Shown here: positions 18,837 through 29,285 of the stretch, in pieces
Numbering within the stretch: the stretch's first letter is position 1
Layout: each line of letters starts with the position of its first letter
The notes under the pieces: model-generated
Seen by the model: the letters and a program-made list of their open reading frames with translations, nothing else
What the model was told of the DNA's origin: nothing
Databases searched by the model: none
Made by a program: the position numbers and the translations under genes
Origin: Candidatus Bathyarchaeota archaeon
Lineage (GTDB): Archaea > Thermoproteota > Bathyarchaeia > Bathyarchaeales > Bathycorpusculaceae
Direction of reading: 5' to 3'
Assembly (NCBI GenBank): GCA_963739305.1
Contig: CAVTZU010000013.1
Coordinates: 94,008 to 158,007, forward strand
DNA: 64,000 nucleotides

Positions 18837-20006
18837 GTGAGAAAAGTAGCGGTAATCGGAATCGGAAATTCCAAGTTTGGAGTGAGACAAGACGTCAACA
18901 TTTCTGAGCTTGCCTTTGAAGCAGTAAAACCTGCTCTTGAAGATGCAAGCGTAGAAGCACGCGACATACCTTTCGTGGCTCTCGGCTCGGTTGGAGCTGG
19001 CGCTTGGTATGAAGAACTGCTCCCTGCAGTAGTAGTTTCAGAGTACTGCGGCATGACAGGGGCAGGTCTCGTGCGTTGCGAAGCAGCATGCGCCAGTGGT
19101 AGCGCAGCATTTTTCACCGCTTACTCGGCTATAGCCAGTGGTCACGCAGACGTAGCCATGGCAATGGGTGTTGAAAAGATGCGGGAAATTGACTCTGCAA
19201 CAGCCATGGAATGGATAGGCCGTGCAGGCTACTATCTCTGGGAGTTTCACAATTTCGGCGTGACTTTCCCTGCTTACTACGCGTTGCATGCCAACGCTCA
19301 CATGGCCAAGTATGGAACAACCGAGGAAGACTTGGCGCTGGTCGCTGTCAAAAACCACAAGTACGGCTCAATGAACCCGATTGCGCATCTTCAAAACAGA
19401 GTCACAGTTGATGATGTCATGAATTCAATGGTCATCGCTTCGCCCTTGAAGCTTTACGATTGCTGTCCTTTGACCGATGGAGCTTCAGCATTGGTTTTAG
19501 CGTCTGAAGAAAAGGTAAAGGAACTCGGCGTCGACATGCCAGTGTGGGTGGCTGGAATCGGCTATTCTTCGGGAACAGCAAACCTCAGCAAGCGCAACAG
19601 TTTCGTAGGGTTGGAGGCAAGCGTCCAAGCTTCGCAAAGAGCATTCAAAGCCGCAGGAATAACGCCCGGTCAGGTTGACTTTGCAGAGGTGCACGACTGT
19701 TTCACAATAGCTGAGATCATGGCCTACGAGGACATAGGGTTCTGCGGCAGAGGTGAAGGAGTCAAGCTTCTACGTGAGGGACAAACTGAAATCGGCGGCA
19801 AAATCCCTGTTAACATGGACGGTGGCTTGAAGTCAAAGGGTCATCCGATCGGGACAACAGGGTGTTCGATGATATATGAAATTGCGAAACAACTGCGAGG
19901 AAAAGCCGAAAAAGGTAGGCAGGTTCCGTTGAAAAACAACATTGGACTCGCACATAACGTCGGCGGAACTGGTCACTATTGCTACGTCACCGTCCTCCGG
20001 AGGTGA
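18837..20006 (+). CDS. Archaeal (SCP2-like) thiolase
   Basis: EAACASG, VKNH, EVHDCFT, GGLKSKGHPIG, HNVGG. Confidence 0.92.
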   Translation: MRKVAVIGIGNSKFGVRQDVNISELAFEAVKPALEDASVEARDIPFVALGSVGAGAWYEELLPAVVVSEYCGMTGAGLVRCEAACASGSAAFFTAYSAIASGHADVAMAMGVEKMREIDSATAMEWIGRAGYYLWEFHNFGVTFPAYYALHANAHMAKYGTTEEDLALVAVKNHKYGSMNPIAHLQNRVTVDDVMNSMVIASPLKLYDCCPLTDGASALVLASEEKVKELGVDMPVWVAGIGYSSGTANLSKRNSFVGLEASVQASQRAFKAAGITPGQVDFAEVHDCFTIAEIMAYEDIGFCGRGEGVKLLREGQTEIGGKIPVNMDGGLKSKGHPIGTTGCSMIYEIAKQLRGKAEKGRQVPLKNNIGLAHNVGGTGHYCYVTVLRR

Positions 20007-20012
20007 AGATAA

Positions 20013-20441
20013 TTGTCCTCAATGCCGTCGATAAAATCGAGAGAAATCAAGATAGTTCAGGAGATCCCGATAAGTAAAGAGCTCAAATTCTACGAGGGAC
20101 TGAAGCAAGGAAAAGTGTACGCAACCAAATGCAAAGACTGCGGCAAGATCTATTTCCCGCCAAACGTTGATTGCGCAGAATGCCTAACAACGGGACTTGA
20201 TTGGGTTGAGCTGAGCAGTGAGGCGGAAATCGTGACCTTTACGCATGTGGTGGTAAGACCGACCACTTTCCAGCAGCAGAAGCCCTACACAGTTGCTATT
20301 GGCAGGTTGAACGAAGGTGTCAAGGTGCTTGCGTGGCTCACTGGCTTCAAGCTTTCAGAAATCAAAGTCGGAATGAAAGCCAAACTGGTGGCCAAGGTCA
20401 CGCCTGAAGGAAACGCAACATACGAGTTCATCCGTCCGTAA
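20013..20441 (+). CDS. DUF35 Zn-ribbon/OB-fold thiolase partner
   Basis: KCKDCG..PP..DCAEC then OB fold; directly after the thiolase. Confidence 0.88.
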   Translation: MSSMPSIKSREIKIVQEIPISKELKFYEGLKQGKVYATKCKDCGKIYFPPNVDCAECLTTGLDWVELSSEAEIVTFTHVVVRPTTFQQQKPYTVAIGRLNEGVKVLAWLTGFKLSEIKVGMKAKLVAKVTPEGNATYEFIRP

Positions 20442-20552
20442 AGCGGATCAAATCAGCAACATGCCAATAAGAATCCAAGCTTCTGCCCTCTTTTCGCGAC
20501 GTCCGCTCGAACGACGAGATCGCGCTGACGGGCGTTACGGCTACGACAACCT

Positions 20553-20930
20553 TCATTCAGAAGAGGCGATGACATCCATTTCGATAAGCCATTCTGGCGC
20601 TGGTAAGTGGGCCTGAACTGTTGTTCGTGCTGGAGGATGGTCTTTGAAATAGGCAGCATAGACTTCATTCATTTTCTTAAAATCCTTCATGTTTTTAAGG
20701 AAAACGCCCACTCTAACTACGTTGCCTAGAGACATGCCTGACGCAGCAAGTATTGCCTTCAAGTTCTCTATTGTCTGCTTTGTCTGAATCTCGACGTCAC
20801 CATCAACTACTCTTTTGGTTTTGGGGTCGAGAGGAGCTTGTCCTGAAACGAAGAGAAAACTCCCTGCCTTTATGGCTTGAGAATAGGGGCCAATTGGCAA
20901 CGGGGCTTTTTCGGTCTTGATGACGTTCAA
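20553..20930 (-). CDS. ridA: RidA/YjgF enamine deaminase
   Basis: APLPIGPYSQA, FVSGQ, MNEVY, PPARTTV, IEMDVIA. Confidence 0.92.
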   Translation of the reverse strand: MNVIKTEKAPLPIGPYSQAIKAGSFLFVSGQAPLDPKTKRVVDGDVEIQTKQTIENLKAILAASGMSLGNVVRVGVFLKNMKDFKKMNEVYAAYFKDHPPARTTVQAHLPAPEWLIEMDVIASSE

Positions 20931-21131
20931 ATCGATTTCCTCACTTTTCTAGCGTAACTAGCTCGAAACCAATTAAAGCGTTTTCCAAGAGAGACTTTCA
21001 AAGGTCAACTCGCGAGTCCGTTTTTCCTAGGTCATGGAGATATACAGATTAGAAGCGAGGTCTTTTCAACCTTGTCGGCGGATACCGCTGAGCGAATTCA
21101 AAGAGAGGATAAAAAGGAAACAGCGTAAACG

Positions 21132-22272
21132 CTATGCAGTCTCTTCCTCTTTGACTACGATCCCTCTCTTCTTCATCTCACCGATGAATCTCTCAAACAA
21201 TCGTTCGTTCATTCCGAGTTTTTCAGGAGGGATAACTCCTTTTTCCTCGATTGCCTTCTGCGCTAATAATTGTGCCACGATGGAAGTCGAGTAAGCTGTT
21301 GTTCTGGCCATCGAGGTAACTTGGCGCTCCTTGTCATAATGATCAAACACATGATAAACATGTCCAATGTGTCTTCCATCTTTTTTGCCGCTCACTTTGA
21401 CGCGGATTACGACGATGTCGGGAATTTTCCTTTTCAATTTCCGAGCAAAGAGGTCCGCGGTGACTTCTCTGGGTTCGACTTTCGCTTTGCCAATTTCAAT
21501 GGCATCCGAATCAAAGAACCCCAGTGCCTTGAGGAGCTTTATCTTCTCTACGTGTCCCGGGTACCTCAACGTCTTTTCCCACATATCTTTGGCTTTTATC
21601 GTATAGAGCAGTGTTCTCAAACCATCCGTGTAGAAAGCCTCCAGCTTGCCGACGCCGGGGAAGTCTAGTTCTTCGAGTCCGCTGAGAGGTTCCACTTGAA
21701 TGATTTTCCCATCCTTCAGAATGTTCACCTTCCGAACGTACATGTCAATGAGGTCCTTCACCGACCATGTTATCACGTAACCTAATGGTGGCACAGGAGT
21801 TTCTGGGAGTCCTCCATTCAACATGTACGCCTCTTCTACTTGGTCGAGTTTGCTGACTCCACGACCAACAAGCATGCTGCAGAGTCCTGGGCTCATTCCG
21901 CAATCTGGAATAATGCTAATACCCGCTTTGGAAGCGGCGTTGTTCAAAGACATCACATCTTCTGGCATGTAAGAAACGTCAACCATATCCACCTTGGCCG
22001 CGATAGAGGCCTTGCATGCTCGATATCCAAACTCGCCTGGCAATGCTCCCACAACCACATCGAAATTCTTCAGTCTTGTCGACAATTCCAAATGCTTCGT
22101 CGCGTCGGCTTGTATCCAACCAAGATTCTTCAGACCAATATTCGAGATCGCATCTTGAGCATTGTTTTTATTTACATCCGCCAAGCACGATTTCAGCCGA
22201 AGGTAGGCTTTCAGCTAGATCCCTTGCGACGACTGTTCCTATGTTGCCGCAGCCTAAGACAACGATTTTCAT
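21132..22272 (-). CDS. Saccharopine dehydrogenase / lysine 6-dehydrogenase family (+1 frameshift near 22183)
   Basis: N-terminal MKIVVLGCGNIG (ATG 22272) lies in a different frame from the body carrying DCGMSPG, GGLP, TDGLRTL, KTLRYPGH, MARTT. Confidence 0.85.
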
Positions 22273-22289
22273 TTGGACACCGCAATGAT

Positions 22290-23159
22290 TTATGAAAGAC
22301 TCTCTTTATAGCTTCTCGCCGCGACTATTCTAGTCGCTAGCGCGCGAGGCGACGATGTCTGCAGACTCTTTATCCAATCCATTGTCTTCTGCACCAATTC
22401 ATCTTCTTTTCCCTTGAAAATGTGGTTCGTTGATTTCAAGATCACTAGACTTCTTGGATCATTTGCAGAGTTGAACACTGCCTCAGCCTCATCGACACCC
22501 ACTATTTCATCTTTCTCGCCGTTCACGACAAGAAGAGGAATCCCCGACAGTTTTGACGCGGCTTCACACTCATCAAGTTTCATCAACTTCTCCCGCACAT
22601 CTTTAGGACGCAGGTTGACACCGTAGACCTGCAGCTTGAAGATTTTCGAGACATTGAAGAGCTTGTCAATTCGAGAAAGGACAAGAAACCCGAACAGACC
22701 AAGCCTGCCTTGAGTATTTCTAATGAATTTTCTAACGTTGTAATCGTGGTTCTTCGGAACCGACCACAGAGCGAGACCTCTGACTCGTTTTTCGTTGCGC
22801 AATGCATAGAGTGAGACTGCACCGCCTAGGCTATGTCCCACCACATAGATTCTGTCCTTGATTACATCCTCTCTTGAAGCGAGATAGTTGAGGGCGCACT
22901 CAACATCTTTCTGCTCCTTGACACCATAATCGAAGCTGCCTTTGCTCTCACCGACACCGCGAAAATCGAAAATCAAGGCAACAAAGCCGTTTTGGGCTCC
23001 GGCTCTTGCGAGCTGAGTGTAGATCTTCAGCTGGTGAAAACCTCTTGCGTTCAGGCCGTGACAGATCAGCAGCGCAGGAGCCGATGCAACGTCCGGAGAG
23101 TAGACTTCACCATAGAGCTCTGCGTCTTCACAATTGATCCACGTCTCCTCCTTCTTCAC
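22290..23159 (-). CDS. Alpha/beta hydrolase
   Basis: ICHG, FDFRGVGES, GHSLGG nucleophile elbow, GEKDEIV, NHIF. Confidence 0.85.
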   Translation of the reverse strand: MKKEETWINCEDAELYGEVYSPDVASAPALLICHGLNARGFHQLKIYTQLARAGAQNGFVALIFDFRGVGESKGSFDYGVKEQKDVECALNYLASREDVIKDRIYVVGHSLGGAVSLYALRNEKRVRGLALWSVPKNHDYNVRKFIRNTQGRLGLFGFLVLSRIDKLFNVSKIFKLQVYGVNLRPKDVREKLMKLDECEAASKLSGIPLLVVNGEKDEIVGVDEAEAVFNSANDPRSLVILKSTNHIFKGKEDELVQKTMDWIKSLQTSSPRALATRIVAARSYKESLS

Positions 23160-23381
23160 TGCCCGTCCGACCTATGAAATCGTTTTTTCCCAATGAGTGT
23201 GGCAACTACTCACTCATAAATTCCCCTCTTTTTTCCAAGTCTTCAAGTGAGGGTTCTAGATGGAATGTGAACTGAATCAAGTGAGAAAAAACCATGCTAA
23301 GTATGGAAAAAATAGTTTGATATTGCTCTTCGGTGGAAAATATTATTACTGTTACGGTGCTAGTTAACAAGGGGGACTCTG

Positions 23382-25139
23382 TTGTCTTCTAGAAGAAAGA
23401 AGGTTGAAAAACCGGTTGAGAAACCAACCGTCCCAGAAGAACAGCCGAAGATTCAAGGTACGGAAAAACCATGGTTCAAGTTCTGGCCCGAAGGCGTTCC
23501 CAAGCACATAGATTTCCCCGAGGTCCCGCTTCACGAGCTGCTCCAAAAGACCGCCCGGGAGTTTCCTGAAAAAACTGCGATAGCCTACTTCGACAAAGAA
23601 ATGACTTACCGAGAACTCAATAATCTGTCCGACAAGTTTGCAGCAGCTCTTGACGGATTAGGCGTCAAGAAGGGTGACAAGGTTGCCATCTTCCTGCCCA
23701 ACATTCCTCAATTCATAATCTCATACTACGGAATCATAAAAACTGGCGCGATCGAAACTGCAATAAGCCCGTTGTACAAGGAACGTGAGGTTGAACATCA
23801 ACTGAACGATTCTGAAGCTGAAACGATCGTCGTTCTCGACGCGCTATATCCCATTTTGGAAAGAGTTCTAGCGCACACTAAGATCAAGAGAGTGATTGTG
23901 ACCAGCTTGAAAGAGTATATGCCTTCAGCCAAGGCTTTTCTCGGTTCATTGTTGAAGAAGATTCCGTCACATAAGGTCGAACGTTCGTCGAACATCTTCT
24001 TCTTTCAGGAACTGCTAGGCAAGTATGGGGCAAAGCCTCCTGAAGTGGAAATTAACCCGAAAGAAGATTTGGTGGCCCTCCAATACACGGGAGGAACTAC
24101 AGGTCTCGCAAAGGGTGCAATGTTAACTCATATGAACCTAGTATCAAACGCCGTGGCCTGCACCGAGTGGCTGAGGGGGACGGTGGGTTCAGAAACCTAT
24201 CTGACGGTTCTGCCTCTCTTCCACATTTACGGAATGACCACCGGTATGAATTCGCCAATACACCAAGCAGCGAAAATGGTGATGCTTCCTCGTTTCGATG
24301 CAAAAAACACGTTGGAGGAGATTCAAAAACAAAGAGTCACGGTCTTTTGCGGGGCACCCACGATGTACGCACTGCTGTTGTCGCATCCCGACGTTTCGAA
24401 ATACAATTTAAAATCCGTGCGGTTCTGCATCTCGGGTTCAGCACCACTACCTCCTGAGGTTCAAAAGAAATGGATGGACGTCACCGGTGGTGTTCTAGTT
24501 GAGGGTTATGGGTTGACAGAGTCATCTCCAGTGACCCACTGCAACCCGTTGGACAAATCTTTGAAAACCGTAAAAATCGGCTCAATTGGACTGCCTTGGC
24601 TTGAAACAGACGCAAAGATAATGGACATGGAAACAGGTCAAACTGAGCTTCCAGTTGGCGAGACGGGAGAACTGGCGGTCAAAGGTCCGCAGGTCATGAA
24701 AGGCTACTGGAAGATGCCTCAGGAATCAGCTGACGTCCTTCGAAACGGTTGGCTCTACACGGGCGACATTGGAAAAATGGACGGCGACGGATACTTCTAC
24801 ATCACCGATCGCAAGAAAGACCTGATCAAGTACAAGGGCTACAGCGTGTACCCACGAGAGATTGAAGACGTTATTTATGAGCACCCAGCTGTGAAGCTGT
24901 GCGCGGTCATAGGCAAGCCAGACCCAGTGGCAAGTGAAATCCCCAAAGCATTCATAGTGCTGAAAGAAGGAAAAACGGCGACGGCGGACGAGATCAAACA
25001 ATTTGTCAACAGCAAACTGGCACCCTACAAAGCTATTAGAGAAGTTGAATTTCGAACCGAGCTACCAACTACCTTGGTAGGCAAAGTGCTCAAACGAGTT
25101 CTCATGGAGGAAGAACGAAAGAAGGTTGAAAAGAGCTAG
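23382..25139 (+). CDS. fadD: Long-chain fatty-acid--CoA ligase
   Basis: QYTGGTTGLAKG, LPLFHIYG, EGYGLTE, LYTGD, DRKKD, VGKVLK. Confidence 0.9.
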   Translation: MSSRRKKVEKPVEKPTVPEEQPKIQGTEKPWFKFWPEGVPKHIDFPEVPLHELLQKTAREFPEKTAIAYFDKEMTYRELNNLSDKFAAALDGLGVKKGDKVAIFLPNIPQFIISYYGIIKTGAIETAISPLYKEREVEHQLNDSEAETIVVLDALYPILERVLAHTKIKRVIVTSLKEYMPSAKAFLGSLLKKIPSHKVERSSNIFFFQELLGKYGAKPPEVEINPKEDLVALQYTGGTTGLAKGAMLTHMNLVSNAVACTEWLRGTVGSETYLTVLPLFHIYGMTTGMNSPIHQAAKMVMLPRFDAKNTLEEIQKQRVTVFCGAPTMYALLLSHPDVSKYNLKSVRFCISGSAPLPPEVQKKWMDVTGGVLVEGYGLTESSPVTHCNPLDKSLKTVKIGSIGLPWLETDAKIMDMETGQTELPVGETGELAVKGPQVMKGYWKMPQESADVLRNGWLYTGDIGKMDGDGYFYITDRKKDLIKYKGYSVYPREIEDVIYEHPAVKLCAVIGKPDPVASEIPKAFIVLKEGKTATADEIKQFVNSKLAPYKAIREVEFRTELPTTLVGKVLKRVLMEEERKKVEKS

Positions 25140-25162
25140 CTAGGTTTCATTTTCAAGGACAG

Positions 25163-26701
25163 CTACACTGGTTCGTTTATCTTTTTTCCCGTTTTTCTTG
25201 TCCACTCCGCGATTGGCACTGCAAACTGTTTTTCAACTTCAGGCCTGTGGATGCTGTTGTACGTGCAGAAACACCTCACTTTACCGTCTGGCGTCACATA
25301 GTGAATTGCGCATTTCTGAACGCGGTCGAGGTCCATGTTCCAAACGTCTTGGAAGTGCATTATTCCGACCATGACAATTCGCCGCATCAACTCCCCGAGT
25401 GCCTTGTAGCTTCCCTTCGTGATGACGCCCCTAATCAAACCTCTCACGAAGTCGGATTTGGCCATAGGCAAAAGCTTCAGCATGTTCATTTTTGCCATCG
25501 TTTTCTTGCCTTTAGCTCCAGAATAGTAGACATCCCAGAATACTTCAGCAAACTTGTCAACGTCTACGTAATGCATTATAGGTTTGTATGAACCATCTTT
25601 GTCGACAACCAGGAACGTTGCCGCTCCACACATCGGATGCATGGTGAACTCAGGATAGATTCTGTTTTTCACCTGTCCCAATCCTTTGGAAACTGGAACA
25701 GGCCAGTTCACTGGTCTCCAGTCAAATCGTCCGATCGTGCCTTTTGTCTGTTTCTCAATCTCGTTTATCGTGTCAGGAATCGTTATTCGCATCTTGCGCA
25801 TCTCTTCTCTGCGGGCTTTCCCAGCCATCGAAACAGGTTGAATGTTGACGCAGCGGACAACATCATGATTCTTGACGGCAAAATCTAGGATTTCGCCAAT
25901 ATCTTGGTCGTTGACGCCTTTGGCGTAGGTTACCACAAGAACGATCGAGTCTAAACCAAGCTTCCTTGCGTTCTCAAGGACTTTCATCTTTATCGGGAGC
26001 ATGCCACCTCTGGCTCGAGTTTTTCTGTATATCTCATCTCTTAACCCGTCGAATTGCAGGTAAAGCGTATTGAGACCTGCGTCAAGCAATTTCTTGAAGT
26101 AATCAACGTCTTCGGCGACACGGATCCCGTTGGTGTTGACCTCTACATGGTCTATTCCGGCTTTCTGTGCTTCTCGAATCAAGTCTGGCAAGTCGTTCCT
26201 CAGAGTGGGTTCTCCACCGCTAAACTGCAGTGCGTTACAAGCCCATGGACTGTTTGCCCTGAGCAGCTTGATCATGTCAACAATTTGCTCGTAAGTGGGT
26301 TCGTACACGTAGTTGGTCGCGCCAACATAGGCAAAACAAATTGGACACGCCATGTTACATCTGTTGGTAACGTCAATTATGCCCAAGATCGTCGGCGTCT
26401 TGTGCTGCGGGCAGATCCCACAATCGAATGGGCAACCTTCCGTCGTCTTGCTCTGCGGGTTTTCTAAGCCGCTACCCCAATACTTAGCGTTGTACCAACT
26501 GTCGTAGAACCACTTGAAAAGCTCTGCATCTCCCCAATAGATATCATCAAACTTCCCATGCTCAGGACACGTTTTTTCCAGGTAGATAACGCCGTCTTCC
26601 TCGTAAATGCGCATCGGAATCTTCTTCATGCACTCTGGGCACAAGCTTGACGAGATTGTCTCGAACTTCTGGGATCTCTGAGTCTCTGGCATCTTCAACA
26701 T
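25163..26701 (-). CDS. tes: Tetraether lipid synthase (GDGT macrocyclase, radical SAM)
   Basis: N-terminal CPEC..KTCPEHG domain, GCPFDCGICPQH, CNMACPICFA, FSGGEPT, C-terminal MHFQD..RVQKCAIHY..FCTYN. Confidence 0.85.
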   Translation of the reverse strand: MLKMPETQRSQKFETISSSLCPECMKKIPMRIYEEDGVIYLEKTCPEHGKFDDIYWGDAELFKWFYDSWYNAKYWGSGLENPQSKTTEGCPFDCGICPQHKTPTILGIIDVTNRCNMACPICFAYVGATNYVYEPTYEQIVDMIKLLRANSPWACNALQFSGGEPTLRNDLPDLIREAQKAGIDHVEVNTNGIRVAEDVDYFKKLLDAGLNTLYLQFDGLRDEIYRKTRARGGMLPIKMKVLENARKLGLDSIVLVVTYAKGVNDQDIGEILDFAVKNHDVVRCVNIQPVSMAGKARREEMRKMRITIPDTINEIEKQTKGTIGRFDWRPVNWPVPVSKGLGQVKNRIYPEFTMHPMCGAATFLVVDKDGSYKPIMHYVDVDKFAEVFWDVYYSGAKGKKTMAKMNMLKLLPMAKSDFVRGLIRGVITKGSYKALGELMRRIVMVGIMHFQDVWNMDLDRVQKCAIHYVTPDGKVRCFCTYNSIHRPEVEKQFAVPIAEWTRKTGKKINEPV

Positions 26702-26916
26702 CCCGAATTTTCAGGTACTACGTAAGCGTAGGGGCCGTTTATAAAGCATGAAGTGAGCGAATGCACACCTAGTGAAAGGCACGGAACCAAGGCTGAAGTG
26801 TCGTCATTAAGACGCAAAACTCACGAAGCGTGATGACAACCTGTTATAATATGCCAAAACCGCTCTTCAAGGCATCACAGCTTGGGTTTTTGATCCTTTC
26901 AGATGCGACCTGACCG

Positions 26917-27441
26917 CTATCCATCAGTTGTCTCGTATTTTATGACTGAGAATATTTCATACTCGTTCCCGAGAGTCTCTCTCCCGTGAAGATACTCCAG
27001 CTCTATCAAGAATCCCATGCCAACGATTCTTCCGCCCAGTTTCTTGACGAGCTCCACATTCGCTTTGACCGTGCCGCCGGTAGCCAACAAATCATCGATT
27101 ATCAAAATCTTCTGACCGGGCTCGATGGCGTCCTTATGAATCTCAACAGTGTCGGCTTCGTATTCTTTTTGATAAGTGAAGCTAACAGACGTTGAAGGCA
27201 ATTTCCCCTTTTTTCGTATAGGAACGAAGCCGGCCCCAAGCTCGTAGGCCAACGCACCTCCCAATATGAATCCTCTGGCCTCGCTCGAAACTATCACATC
27301 AATATCTTTTCCTCGATAATGATCAGCCATCCGCTTGATGACTTCCCTGAAAGCTTTCTTGTCCTTTAGGAGTGTAGTTATATCCCAGAAAACGACACCC
27401 TTGAATTCAGGTATCCGTCTTATCTTTGCCTTCAAATCCAC
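26917..27441 (-). CDS. apt: Adenine phosphoribosyltransferase
   Basis: FWDITTLL, EARGF, RKKGKLP, IDDLLATGGT. Confidence 0.93.
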   Translation of the reverse strand: MDLKAKIRRIPEFKGVVFWDITTLLKDKKAFREVIKRMADHYRGKDIDVIVSSEARGFILGGALAYELGAGFVPIRKKGKLPSTSVSFTYQKEYEADTVEIHKDAIEPGQKILIIDDLLATGGTVKANVELVKKLGGRIVGMGFLIELEYLHGRETLGNEYEIFSVIKYETTDG

Positions 27442-27475
27442 TATTTCACTCCTCTTTTCTCTTTGACTTGCTCCA

Positions 27476-28261
27476 TCAGATCAGTGCGCTCTGCAGTGCA
27501 TTCTTGCACTCACAACCTCTTTGTTCAGGCATAATTGAAATTGCCTGGATGATTATCCGCTTGACCTTTTCTATGTTTGCCTTCATGATTTTTCGGACAT
27601 CGCCCGCGCTGACCGGATGGTCCTTCCAAACATCGTAGTCAGTCACTGTTCCTATGCACGCGTAGCAAATTTCGGCTTCTCGAGCGAGGACGCATTCAGG
27701 AACAAGAGTCATGCCCACAACGTCTGCTCCCCACATTCTGTGCATTCGAGATTCCGCCTTCGTCGAGAATCTGGGTCCTTCGATGCAGACATAAGTTCCA
27801 GTTCTGTGCGCGTCAATTGCCAGACTTTCTGCGGACTTTATAAGAGTATGTCTCAACTCTGAGCACATCGGCTCGGCCACTGATATATGGCACACTCTTT
27901 TCCCCGCGTAAAATGATTCTTCTCGTTTGGTTGTTCTGTCTATGAATTGGTCGATGAACACGACATCTCCAGGCCTGAAATCTTCCCGCAAGGAACCAAT
28001 CGTCGAGGGCGCAAGTATCCTCTTAACGCCGAGCTTCTTCAGAGCGAATATGTTCGCTCTGGAGTTCACGTCAGTCGGTCTAATCGTGTGCTTTTTCCCA
28101 TGTCTGGCCAAAAAGGCCATTCTTTTTCCTTCTAGTTCGCCAAGAGTAATGGCGTCAGAAGGAGAACCATACGGAGTGCGCATCTTTATGTCCTTGGCGT
28201 TCCTGAGAAGTTTCGGGTCGTAGAAGCCAGTTCCGCCGATGATCGCGATTTCTGCTTTCAT
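27476..28261 (-). CDS. mtnP: 5'-methylthioadenosine phosphorylase
   Basis: IIGGTG, TPYGSPS, LARHG, EGPRFSTKAES, VGMT..PE, VTDYD. Confidence 0.93.
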   Translation of the reverse strand: MKAEIAIIGGTGFYDPKLLRNAKDIKMRTPYGSPSDAITLGELEGKRMAFLARHGKKHTIRPTDVNSRANIFALKKLGVKRILAPSTIGSLREDFRPGDVVFIDQFIDRTTKREESFYAGKRVCHISVAEPMCSELRHTLIKSAESLAIDAHRTGTYVCIEGPRFSTKAESRMHRMWGADVVGMTLVPECVLAREAEICYACIGTVTDYDVWKDHPVSAGDVRKIMKANIEKVKRIIIQAISIMPEQRGCECKNALQSALI

Positions 28262-28377
28262 GAAAGCCTAGTTCAAGTCTTCAATTTATAAGAATAGCGA
28301 CTTGAACCATTCGGCCCGCTTTAGTGTGCATCAGAAAATATATCTCGCAATAGCGCGAAGAGAATTCGGAGATCAGG

Positions 28378-29140
28378 ATGAAGAAGCACGTACAGCCGCA
28401 CATTAAGTGTGGGATTGGGGACGTTGCAAAGTATGTTTTGGTGTCAGGAGATCCTGGAAGAGTTGAGAAAATAGCAGCTCTCTTCGATCAGAACCGCAAA
28501 GTTGCCGATTATCGTGGGTTTGTGACGTATACTGGGAGCACTGATGGAATAGGAATATCTGCGTGTTCGACTGGAATCGGCTGCCCGTCAGCTGCAATAG
28601 TCGTTGAGGAGCTTGCAAGAATCGGAGCGGAAACCTTCATCCGCGTCGGGACAGCAGGCGCCCTTCAGCCAGACGTCAAGATGGGTGACCTAGTTGTCGC
28701 GACTTCTGCTGTTCGCGCAGACGGAACTTCGAAGAAGTACGTACCGATAGAGTTTCCGGCAGTCGCAGATTTCACCGTAACGACAGCGTTAAATACAAGC
28801 TGCGCAAGAGTTCAAACAAAAGGTTCACTTGGGTCCAGTCTTGACTACAGATGCTTTCTACGGCGATATCAACGATCTGAAGCTCTGGAACAGACACAAC
28901 GTTTTATGCGTTGAGATGGAATCCTCCGTGATTTTCACGCTTGCCCAACTTAGGAAGCTGAGAGCCGGAACGATCTTGGCAGTGGATGGTAATCCGTTGA
29001 TGGGTACTGGAAAAGGAGAAATTGAGCATGGTGAAAGAACCGGGGAAATGGATGAGCGCGTGCAAGCGGCGATCAAGAAAGAATCGCGGATAGCCATCGA
29101 AGCAATAAAGATTTTAGAAAACGACGTCGGAGACCAATAG
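28378..29140 (+). CDS. Nucleoside (uridine/purine) phosphorylase (+1 frameshift near 28792)
   Basis: GDPGRV, STGIGCPSA, IRVGTAG; continues in the +1 frame with TTDAFY, VEMESS. Confidence 0.85.
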
Positions 29141-29285
29141 TCAGAGAAAACTTGACAGATAGACTAAAGAAACATTCTTTGTTTTCCAGATTTCTTTTCC
29201 CAATTGAGATCAAAATTCAACTCTTGCCATTCGATTAGTGAAACCAAGAGATCGGTCGATTAGGTTTGTGAATTTCAGCAATCTT

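Noticed and set aside
26795-26915. Possible C/D box sRNA or hairpin between tes and apt (GTGATGA..CTGA)
   Set aside because: Box spacing is too long and there are no clear C'/D' boxes
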